A stretch of 64,000 bases of DNA, taken from Camelus ferus (Eukaryota). A program made the translations under genes and the position numbers. The stretch spans positions 47,368,001-47,432,000 of the forward strand of contig NC_045703.1 of the NCBI RefSeq assembly GCF_009834535.1, given 5' to 3'. Positions 14,371-25,420 of this stretch are shown piece after piece (position 1 is the first letter of the stretch; each line of letters starts with the position of its first letter). The notes under the pieces are model-generated. The model was not told where the DNA came from. It did no database searches and worked only from the letters and a program-made list of their open reading frames with translations.

Positions 14371-14828
14371 TGGGAGGTCACAACCTCTTTTTTAAGCATT
14401 GGATTCATTTGTAAGCAATACTTTTCCCCACTAAATTTGCAGACTAGCCAATGTTACTATACATAAAGATGTGCTTCCTGGTATCCCCGCAATACTATCG
14501 ACCAGCTGTTCCATGTGAAGAGCAGTAGTGAGACATCCTGTTGGACAAACTACATGGATAAGATCCTATCACTGTGTGGTCAAATGACATTTCTGTGTGA
14601 AAATCTGAAATATCAAATTCACTATTCTTCAGAGAATCATGGTTATTTATAAACATGACTTTATTTTTGCAATATGACTATTATATTTAGCTATTTAAGA
14701 AAGATCTTTGCCTTTTAATGTCTTTTTTTAACATCCAACATAGAAAAATAAACTTACTGTGGCAATATGTTGCTCTTGACCAATTTCAACTACCTGTTAT
14801 GAGAGAAACCCTCTCAAGAGCAGTATCA

Positions 14829-15416
14829 CATGCACCCCAGTGTTCACAGCAGCACTATGTACAACAGCTAAGACATGGAAGCAACCTAAATATCCATTGA
14901 CAGACGACTGGATAAAGAAGTTGTGTTATGTGTATACAACTGAATACTACTCAGCCGTAAAAATAATGAAATCACGCCATTTGCAACAACATAGATGGAC
15001 CTAGAGATTATCATACTAAGTGAAGTAAGCCAGAAAGAGAAAGAGAAATACTGTATGATATCACTTACATGTGGAATCTAAAAAAAAAGAGACACAGATG
15101 AACTTATGTACAAAACAGAAACAGAAACAAGCTCACAGGTATAGAAAACAAATTTATGGTTACCAGTGGGGAAAGGGGGTGGGGAGGATAAAGTGGGAGT
15201 TTGAGGTTGACAGATACTAACTATTATATACAAAATAGGTAAATGACTAGGTCCTACTGTATGGTACCGGTAGCTATATTCAATGGCTTGTAGTAATCTG
15301 TAATGAAAAGGAACCTGAAAAAGAATATATATATATATACATATATAACTGAATCACTATGCTGTACACCAGAAACTAACACAACATTGTAAATCAACTA
15401 TAGTTCAGTTTAAAAA
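14829..15416 (+). mobile_element. 5'-truncated L1 (ORF2 C-terminus plus 3' UTR)
   Basis: catgcaccccagtgttcacagcagcac...atggacctagagattatcatactaagtgaagtaagccaga...acaacattgtaaatcaactatagttcag; flanked by near-TSD agcagtatca (14819-14828) / agtagtatca (15417-15426). Confidence 0.92.
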
Positions 15417-18400
15417 AGTAGTATCAAAGTTTTATACATTCTGTGAATCACATTTATAATGGTGAGAGTTGAAATGCAGATGGTCAGTAAAGATTTCTTC
15501 TATTTTCTGATTCTATTAGTGCTTTAAGGGCAAAAATCATATTGTCTACTTTCTTATTATTATGGGAAACAAGATCGTCTAGGATATTTCTCTTGTGCTC
15601 TTTTTTAAATCTTGTGACTCTCCAAAGGGTATCAATCACTCCATTAAATCTTATTTTTCATTTAAAAAAAAATTGCCAGGGGTTTCCTTTCAATTTTCGG
15701 TCAAAGAACTCTTTACTTGATTGCTTTATGTCGAATCCACATAGAGTTTCTAAAGTGGGCTCCACGCCGTCTCCCTACCTAAGAGAATACTAGATTTCCT
15801 GCTTCCTCATTTACATGGCTTCTCAAAGTCAGCATTTTGATAATGACTTATAGTGAAAACGATCCTTTTAGAAGGAATGGCTTGCTATTGCTGTGGGCAG
15901 GAGGCATTTTGGGTGACTGAACAGCTTAAGTCATCTTTTTATTTGAGAATAAATGATGAAGGGGAATTTGAATGGGTTACCAAGTTATAAATTCATCTTG
16001 AGGTACTCAACTGATTGTAAACCACCTGAGCTTTCCTCTCAGCTTTTAAATCATATGATATCAATCTTTGCTCATTTTCCTCTGGGTAATTTGTTATTAT
16101 GCTTATGGTAACCAACTCCACGAGACATTAACCGGCAGTCCACATTACCAGTGAGTATACATTACAGCACTAAAATAAAAATAAACTCATTGAAGAAATA
16201 GCTGGAGACCTCAACCATGCTTCTCTGTCTGCAAAATGGCATGACAGTTTGGGGATTTGTAACTGAAAATAAATTTAATTATGTCACTACCTTGCTGCTG
16301 CTAATTAGTGCCTGAGATGTGTATCAGAAGGGCAGCCCAGTACAGATTTGGAAAAAGAGGGTTTGTTACAAAGCAGGATGAAGAAATGGGCTGCCTCTCT
16401 CACTCATACTATCTAAAATGACTTTTAAATTAGATCCTGGAAATGACGTTTTCTGTTTATATTAGCAGATATTTTTCTCTTTTCTTTAGGGGAATAGGGA
16501 AGCAGCTTTGTAACATTTTGCATTGCCTGCATGAAGTGCTTTGCATACCTGTAACCTTTCAATTAATGTTATTTATGTTTCAATAAACCACCATGCTACT
16601 TTTCCAGATGTTCTAATCCTTCATGTAAATGAATTTATTAGATCCAGCCACCAGACTCAATGAAATCTGCCAAATTCACTGTCTGGGCCACATACCATGG
16701 TGTTTAAGCTGTATTTGCATAAACTTGTCCTGTAAGTGTAATCTTATGTATCATCTGCAGAGTTAAAGTTTCACTAATGTAAATCCCTGACAAATCAAAG
16801 ACAGATGTAGCTTTTTGCCCTCAGGGTTGAGCCTGTCAATTCTTCCTTCTCCCATCTACCTCCTCCTCTTGGCACTGGCCCCCCCATCCTCAACTTTTTT
16901 TTTTCCCAAAAGGGCTAATCTTTTAAAATTGTTTATGTAAATACATTGCAGGTACTAAACATGGTTGTGCATGGTTGTGAACAATGGTGGCCCCGGTCTT
17001 CTTTTAATCATTCTGCCAGACTAAAATACGGTTGGCAAGTCATTTGAGGGGCAGTGGTTGTACCACCTGGAAAAATTTGCCCTGCCAATCAGTGGATGGC
17101 AGACAGATTGTTTCAGTTTGCCCAGAGATGTTTTAGATAAGGAGGAGTCAAGCTCAATAAATGGATTAATGTCAGCCAGCAAATTCCATAACGTGGCCAA
17201 GGCAAATTCAATAATGGATCAATAGAGAAAGAGGAGGGGGTTGGCTTGAAGAAGCGGGGGTGGGGGTAGGGGGAGGGTCTATCTATTCATGCCCAGTCTT
17301 TTTGGTTATTGTCACAACCTCAGTGAAAGGCAGAATTCTACTTTAGTTTCAGTGATTAGCTTCAAAAACTCTTGACAGGTTTAAGCCCTGTATAAAAAGA
17401 AGGAAAATATGACTGCTGAATGTGGAGGGTGTTAGTGTTCTTTGGGTTTGTTTTTGATTATTTTAAAGTCTAAATATGTTTCCTCTGCTGGTGCCCAGTT
17501 GCTATTTATTTGGCTTTAGCCTTTGATCCCCCTTTTGCTGGCACATCATAAAAAACATATTCCTGCTCAAGTCTTATATTATGTAGTTTGTTTCTGCTCA
17601 GGGTGTTCACCAGGCAGGGCTGTACCCACTGAATAAACCTCTCTTTGTTTTTGATAGACTCCAGGTGTTTATCGCTATAAGTTAGTAATGGAGTTAACCG
17701 CAAGAAGCAAACTGAAAAAAGAAGGAATTGAGAAAAATTTTGAGTTTGATAACTTAGGAGTCTGCCTTCTGGCAAAACCCCTAGGGGAATAAATGCTCTA
17801 AGAAAAAGGGGCCTTCCTTCTGCTTTCTAATCTAGTTGGATGAAACTGGAGTTTGAGTATGCAGAAATGTTCATTCATTTTATTTCTTCTGTGAGTTTCT
17901 TTGAAAGTGGTGCGCAAGCCTTTCTTCCACCCTTGCATTTTCATCGTGGTACTGAAATGAATAACGACGGTGATTGCAGAAGAGATTACTGTTATCCATA
18001 TTCCTGATCTGAGCTAGAAGGATTAATGCCAGAAGCAATTTTCCACCTGTGTTAACTTTTCCTTTCCTCTTTTGAGTGGAGGGCAGGGGACAGCAATAAG
18101 GTTGGGAGGAATGTCTGACAAATAGGCAGTGAAAGTGGTCAGAAGAGTCCCCCTCTTTTCTTTTCACTTTTCGACTATGGTTCTTATTTTTGCATTTCTT
18201 TTCTGTTCAACCAGACATGGTTTTAGTGAGTTAGAGACCAACTGAAGGGCATTTGTGATTGTGAGCAAGATTATTGAAAAGCTTTCCCACTGGGAGGAGG
18301 TCTACCTTCTCTGTTTATACAAATGTATAAGGTCCCTTCTGTTTTAAGGATCAAAGCTTCATTTTGGACACCTTCAGGACCCAAGGACTAAGGTCAGGGC

Positions 18401-18644
18401 TTCTGAGAAGTGCAGATTTGCTTTTTATCATTAAAGTAAGACTCTTGATTTTTCATAAATTAGTTTTTCATCTTGTTTAAGTATTACGGTCTTAGGCATA
18501 ATAAAAATGTATGGCCAGATAAAGTTGTGGGGTTGAAAGAAATTTTCTTACAAAGCGTATGACAAAAAGGTGCAGTTGTCTAAGGAATATGTATTTCATA
18601 AAGTACTACTATTATGAAATAAGAAAGTACTATTTTAAGAAATT

Positions 18645-18860
18645 TTTAGTATGTGCTAGACATTGTTCTAATGTCTTTTCCACAAATTAACTTACTTAAT
18701 TCTCTCACTGACAGATCTACGAATTTGTCACTAGTATTATCTTTATTTATTGAGAAGGAAACTGAGGCACAAAGAATTTAGCTCATTTGCCCCAATAGCA
18801 AGAGAAAGGCGTAGTCAGGAATAAATCATAGGCAATTTGGCTGTAAAGCTTGTGCTCTGT
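18645..18860 (-). mobile_element. MIR SINE
   Basis: gagaaggaaactgaggcacaaagaatttagctcatttgccc core. Confidence 0.7.
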
Positions 18861-20418
18861 ACTAGGTTTGTGTAAGATGCAAATAAGAATGGATTAAATT
18901 TCCTAACTTCCGGAAAAGTATGCTGCTAAAACAGAATTTCTAGTTATCAATATTTTATTTAAAATATTTAAGACAAATAAGCTCCATAAAACGTATAACT
19001 TAATACTAAATGTTCTCTTATCTTGCTTGACGATTTTACCGCACAATATATAGTGGGACTGACGTGGTAAGTCAACTCAGAAGTTAACTTTTGTTCGGCT
19101 TTCTCTGAATAAATTTTTCTAATATCATTTAAAACTCAATTTGGTATCTACTTTCTGTGTCTAAATAGGTGTAAATAATAAATATATATATTTCATCTCA
19201 ACCAAAAATGGTGCTCATAAGACTACAATTGAAAGAGACAAAAACCTATTCTTTCTTTGGTCTTTTCAGGGCAGTAAGTTGTTTGCCCTTTCTTCTTTCC
19301 CTCCTTCCTTCCTTCCTTCCTCTTTCTCTCTCTATTTCTTTTTTTCTAGACTGCAGTGTTAATCTAATCCAAAGTTGTGAAGCTCAAATTAGATTCTTAA
19401 GTTCTCCAAATAAAAAAATTGATAAATTCCTAGTTCTTTATTATCGTAGAAGGAAAGGGTAGCTATTAAGAAAGTAGAAATTGGAAAGAAAACCAAATCC
19501 TAAAGAAACTCTCCAGTTCGCCTTCCCAAAGGAAAAGGAATATTTTCAGCAATCGGGTTGAGTGTTTGAGCCTGCTGTTTATGTGCCAATAAAAGGACTA
19601 GGTTGGCATTCTTGATAACCGCAGGTCCCTACTTACTGAAACTCCATTTCCCTGCTGGGAGCCATATGGCTGAGAAGGAAGGATTGAGAGAGTGGCAAAA
19701 AGTTCCCTTTTCAGGATGCACCATTTGGTAGCACCTTGCTCTTGGGCCCTCTTCACAGACATTTCTGGATCCATATATATTCTGTTTACAAAGATGCATA
19801 GTCCTTTTGGATATTCTCCCACCTCTCTACTCCACAAACACACAAAGTTTAAGAATGTTTTAACATATGTCAACAGTGGCAGAGTATAGCATTTCTTTAT
19901 GTTTATGCATTTCTTTCCTCTTTGTGTTTCTTGGAATATATATGATGGTATTCAAACATGTGTGGAGCACATCGTTAGGTCTCTCTGTAAAGGTCAATAC
20001 AAAGATTTGGAATCACCCCTGGACGGTCTTCACAAGATGCCTTTTGAAGTACCTTGCAGTTGTGGGTTTTACATGGCAAAGACTCTTCCCAAGGAGTGGA
20101 CCTGGGCTTAGCACTCAGGTCAACAGAAAGTCTACCATTTAATCAGCTGAAGCCCCACCAAGCAGGCTTGAAACTTAATGGTTCTCCGTTGGAAAATACA
20201 CACAGCTGGTGCCAGAAGACCAAAGTTCACTCCAAACAAGACCAGGGCTGCTTGTACATTTGCAAAATGATGACAAGCAGAGCAGTAAGTTCTAAGCTGC
20301 TACCTACCGCAACACCCCCGGCAGCAAACATAACAACACCCAGCAGCAGGACAGCAGCCCAGCAGCACGTAAGCCACACAGCCTTGTGGTGTTTATTGCC
20401 TCCTCTCTGCCTTTTCAG

Positions 20419-20601
20419 CTGCTCAACTCTTGTCATGGATTTTTGTTTCAAGAAATAATATTTGGAGAGCAGTGCAATTCATCTACGTCTCCAATTTTTC
20501 TAATATTTGCCAGCCTACCAGACAGTGGTGTATTTTGACCAAATTGCTTTGTCTCTCTGTGGAACTGTTTTTACAAAACTGCATTTGGCATCATGCCCTC
20601 G
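20419..20601 (+). other. Candidate exon (183 nt) ending in a 3-codon coding start M-P-S; host gene unidentified
   Basis: Acceptor gcctcctctctgccttttcag (AG 20417-18); ATG 20593 in context ggcatcATGC; donor TCG|gtaagc (GT 20602-03); in-frame upstream stop at 20536; repeat-free surroundings. Confidence 0.45.
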
Positions 20602-21392
20602 GTAAGCATTGAGATGGGCATGGAGAAGCAGCCATAGGAAATGACTGTAGTTTTTATTGAAATGCTGTTCTTAAGTGTATTGTTTAATCAATGTCTTCTT
20701 TATGAGTCCCGAAAGAGACATTTGTGTTAAGCATGGGCCAGGAAAAGCTGTCCTCCTGAGCAACTGTATGTTTCTATCTTACAGACACGAGGCATCTTGT
20801 AACTGCTAACTCAACATGTAGTCAAGTAAATAAAATCTTAAACTGATAGCCAGGATACATGATTTTCATGTTATTGCCGATTTTTCATTAAACAAATGAG
20901 CTCCAATTCTTTTGAAATAAAACTGTTCTATCACTGGTTATGGAAACTGCCATTCTTTAAACGTGATGGGGAAAATTGTTTGGGTTTCAGCGTCTTCCTT
21001 CCCGAGAGATACCTGTGCTTCCAGATAGATGAGGCTGCTGCTGCTGATGAGGTTTTAGGAGTTTTTTTCTTTTTTCTTTTTTTTCTTTTTCAACCTAGTC
21101 ATATGATTTCAAGGATTTTGGTTTTGGTTAATTGATAAGAAATTGGAGGTGATGAGGAGGTAAATGGTAACTGAGAAACTCTGCTTGGGGTAAGGCAGGG
21201 AAATTTATCACGGTAAAGAAAGAAAAGAAATCCCAGGGACTACAAGGCTCCAGAGATTTTACTCTCAGTATTGAAATGTTAATTGGCTGATTTACTTTGA
21301 ATTCAAAAAGGTATAGGCTTTAAAATGGGGAAGACTCCACTTCTAACGGTAAAGAACAAAAGACTTGAAAAATGGAGGACAAAAATCAGCCT

Positions 21393-21633
21393 CAGTGCCC
21401 GCAGGATAGTGGTCCAGGGACAGCAGCTGTGGTGTCACCATCATCTGTGGACTTGTGAGAAATGCAGATTCATAGAATAATAGAAACTCTGAAACAATAG
21501 AATTAATAGAAACTCTGAAACAATAAAACAAAACAATTCATAGAAACAATAGAAACTCTGGTGGGGGGGCAATAATCTGTGCTTTAGTAAGGCCTGCCAG
21601 TGATTGCGAGATAAAAAAGTTGGAGAACCAAGG
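21393..21633 (+). mobile_element. MER5A-like hAT-Charlie MITE with internal tandem expansion
   Basis: gtggtcc...cagcagc...acttgtgagaaatgcagattc ... agaaactctggtggggggc...aatctgtgcttta...ggagaacca. Confidence 0.8.
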
Positions 21634-22458
21634 CCGTAGAACACATCTCAAACCACTCTATGGCGATGGCACCGAGTCTAACACTTTCTCACCCAGATTG
21701 ATTATCCAAAGGCTTAATTTCTCAGAAGGAATTGTTCCAGGCCCTACTATAAAAAATTACCTGATGAAGAGAGTATCACTGATCAATTTTACGTTTCCGC
21801 CTGCATGACAAGTTATTGACTCAAACAAATAAACAGAAAAGTTATTCAAGTTTGTAAATCAATACATTGATCTTCATATGGTACTTTTTCTTCAAAGAGA
21901 TAACATTTTGCTGTGATCTGGTGAGATTTTCGGTGAAGATATATTTGCAGTGGCTGAACTGACTGAACTGTCATCCTGAGACATCTCCTAGGGGAAAGAT
22001 CTGACCATGCCATTTAGAATTGCTGAGCAACACCTCTAGAAACATACAATATTCATAAAATGGAAGCGAGTCACACAATGCCTATTCATTCTGTCATTTT
22101 TTTTGCAAGCTTTTGAAATCATAAAAATAATGATCATTATATAAAATTTAAAAAAACAGTATAATATTTTTTCAAAGGGAAATTAAAGTCTTTTATTGTC
22201 CCCACCACTTCTCACCATCTCACCAAAGTCCTGCTTACTTATTTACTCCTCAGAGGTAGTTACTGTAAAAGTTTGGGGTGCATGTTTCTAAAACGTTTCC
22301 AGCCTATGGAAACACAAAAATTTACCATATTTTTAAAAACACAAATTAAAATATACTGTGCATCTTATTCTGCCACTTGTTTTTTCTGTTAAAATATACT
22401 GTGGGACAAGTTTCTATAGCTAGAATTGACCAAAAATATAATTATGAAGAATCAACTA

Positions 22459-22600
22459 GGGGGAGGATATAGTTCAGTGGTAGATTGCATGCTTAGCATG
22501 CGCCAGGTCCTAGGTTTAATCCCCAGTACTTCCATTAAAAATAAACAAACAAACAAACAAATAAATAAAACGAAACCTAGGACCCCCCCCCCCCAAAAAA
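22459..22600 (+). mobile_element. Camelid tRNA-derived SINE (vic-1 type)
   Basis: ggggaggatatagttcagtggtag (A box) ... ggtttaatccccagtac (B box), (AAAC/AAAT)n tail then cctag..ccccccc; followed by an L1 ORF2 scrap (aacagtatagttttggcataaaacagacac). Confidence 0.9.
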
Positions 22601-23675
22601 CACAACAGTATAGTTTTGGCATAAAACAGACACAGACATCAATGCAACAGAATAAAGAACCCAGAAATTTCTCTAAAAATCAGTGAATGTACAAGATGTG
22701 ATCACTCAAGTTGCTAAGCTAAGAGAGGACCAAATTGCTCTCTGTAGGTCTAGCATGTAGTTAGAAAAAGAACACTGATGTTAGTGAATCAGACAACTAA
22801 GAGCTGGGCTGGCAGGGACTAACTACTTCATGTATAGTTTGGTAATGAAGACGTGTGAGAGATACCAGTACAGCTCAATTGCCAAAAACTTGTTCATACG
22901 AGAAGCAGCAGATAAAATGCAAAGCATCAGGACAAGTAGAACAGAAGTGTGTGTGTGTTGGGTAGTGGTAGTAGGGAGTTTGAGTTAAACTTTTCAGGTT
23001 TTCTCAAGCAGGAGCAAAGTCACAATAATAATAATGGCAGAATTGAGTATGGCATCTGGAAGGATAAATTAAAAGACTGGTCTTGGGGGAAGAGGAATGT
23101 TTAGGATTAGTGAGAAATCCACTGGGTTAGTGACAGAGTGATCATACATTTGACATGAGGAGATAAATTTAGACTTGATATCTTAAAATATTTAAATAAA
23201 AAGAATGAAGACATTAAATAACATGGCCAAGAAGGAACACCTTTCCTTTTTCACACTTATCCAATAGATAACATCATCTTTTTGAAAAGCAAACATACAC
23301 ATAGCCCTTCCTTTTCAAGCAGTTTTGTAAAAAGAGGAATTTTTAATAGTATCTAATATTGTAGAATGGATATTTCAGTAATTAATATCAAAATTTGAAC
23401 TTGCATGATTTTATTATGTGATAATCTATAACTAAAGTATTGATTTGTATAACAGTTAAACACAGGAGATTAGATGCATGGCTTTAGAAACTCTTGAGTG
23501 TGTGTTGAAGTATAGTTTGATTCCGTATTTTTTGTAATAAGAGGGTTCATTCTGAACCACAATCAACTCACTACTTGTCGCTCATTAACAAACACTGTTC
23601 ATGGTAATAGTTTTATTTTAAAAATACATAAATGGTAAATGGCATATGTTTGATAGTTTTCCAAAATGAAACTTT

Positions 23676-23693
23676 CTCTCTCTCTCTCTCCAT

Positions 23694-23726
<33 letters not shown>
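23676..23726. repeat. Compound (CT)n(CA)n(TA)n microsatellite
   Basis: ctctctctctctctccatacacacacacacacacacacacacatatatata. Confidence 0.95.
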
Positions 23727-23727
<1 letters not shown>

Positions 23728-24583
23728 CTTTGGCCCACAAGATTCACTAAACATTATGGCATTAAAGTATAATCATCATGGCCTGAGAGTCCAGCACTGG
23801 GGATAAGCTGAGTGTTAGCTGATTTTGAAACAGACTGAACAGTTAGCAATTTGTTTACTCTTCCTTAGACAAAGATCAAATGAACCAATTCCAAGTGAAT
23901 GTTATAGTAGAAGGAGATGAGGGGAAATGAGCAACAATATTCCATAGCTGAACTTTCCCCCTGTATTAAGATATGATGTCCCAGACTTCACAGTTTGTCT
24001 CATGGTCCTGATTCATTCATAGGATAAGTAAGATTTTCCCCAAGGAAAGCAGCAGAATGTCATGGTGTCACAAATGTGTATTTTTATGCCTCTAAACCTT
24101 TTAAAATGTAGTTGAATGTCTTCATAAGAGAACACAGCACCACACTAAAGAGCATCTCTAGGCTTTATCCAATAACAAAAGAGGTTGAGTGTGTTTTGTT
24201 TATTCCCTTTCTAAGTACTACACAAATTTAAATATGCAATTTGTTTACAAAGTTCTGAAAGGATGAATTAAATTGTTTCCAATAGGATGGAAACACATGA
24301 AAGGGAGCAATTTGGAAAAAGCCAAAGAAAGTCAATCTATGCATTCTTCCCAATCTAGCTCTGCCTTGTTTTTCAAAGTCCAGCTTGTATTTTAGGATTG
24401 AAAAACACTATAAGTAAAACCTTCCTCTCTCCCTCTTTCCATTTGGGATTCTGCCTCTCCCCCCCGCCCCCCCAGCTTTACACTGTTGAGAATTTGGCCT
24501 ACAAATCTGGCAGTCTATGGGCACCATTTGTTTTGGTCTACTAATCTTTCCCAGGCTCTCCCTATTTTTTAAGACATATTCTA

Positions 24584-24771
24584 NNNNNNNNNNNNNNNNN
24601 NNNNNNNNNNNNNNNNNNNNNNNNNNNNNNNNNNNNNNNNNNNNNNNNNNNNNNNNNNNNNNNNNNNNNNNNNNNNNNNNNNNNNNNNNNNNNNNNNNNN
24701 NNNNNNNNNNNNNNNNNNNNNNNNNNNNNNNNNNNNNNNNNNNNNNNNNNNNNNNNNNNNNNNNNNNNNNN
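24584..24771. other. N run, 188 nt (gap or masked sequence)
   Basis: Counted directly. Confidence 0.99.
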
Positions 24772-25159
24772 GTTCGGGGTAATTTGGGATTCAGGGCAGC
24801 TACCATTGCAGCATACACTTAGATTTTTAGATGTGGTGGTGAACTGTTGAAAAGAAACTGGCTGAGATTTGAGCATCATCTAAAGTGGAAAAAAGAAATA
24901 TAGCTTGTTTTTGGGCTTCATGCCATTTTCTTCCTTTGGTATCTGAAGACGATTTTTTTTCTGGTTTTGGGGAAAAGTAAGGCACCAAAGACTCTGATAG
25001 TAATCAAAAAATGGTTTCTCTGTAAGCAAGGGGTATCTGTCCAATATACCTCAGAAAAGTTAGGTCTAGGAAATTATACACAGACTCTCATTGCTGGGAT
25101 TAGAATAAGAGGACGAGAAGATTACATGTTCTCTTCTCCAAAATGTTTGATTTTGAGTT

Positions 25160-25420
25160 GTTTAGAGCCGTTTTGGCTGCAAGTAATAGAAACCTGACAT
25201 GAACTGGTTTAAGATAATGGAACATTATTATATTACATCCCAGAAATCCCGGAAGTAAGTGTGGTTAGTTTAGTAACTTGGAGACAGCATCAGGACCAGA
25301 GTTCTTTGCCTCTCTCACACTCTGCCTGGGACCACCAGGCTGTTTCCTCTCCTGGGTGGGAGAGAACAGCCAGGGGTCATCAGGACTGTTCCTTCCTGGG
25401 TCACTTCCAAAGGGAGTCAC
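25160..25420 (-). mobile_element. Old MLT1 (J/K/L-like) MaLR LTR fragment
   Basis: ggctgcaagtaatagaaacctgacatgaactggtttaag resembles the MLT1 terminus in antisense. Confidence 0.6.

Noticed and set aside
15166-15190. G-rich tract as a novel G-quadruplex
   Set aside because: It is the ordinary polypurine tract of the L1 3' UTR.
19720-19745. miR-29-like seed tagcacc; microRNA hairpins in general
   Set aside because: The match stops after 7 nt and there is no pre-miRNA fold. I recognised no mature miRNA, snRNA, Y, 7SK or 7SL sequence by eye; a Rfam/miRBase search would be needed to exclude them.
19480-20620. Assigning a gene symbol to the M-P-S exon
   Set aside because: I could not match it confidently to any known alternative first exon, and no downstream coding exon is visible in the unmasked sequence.
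22459-22533. tRNA gene
   Set aside because: The tRNA-like head is followed by an A-rich tail and has a degenerate cloverleaf; it is a SINE, as is 37719-37808.
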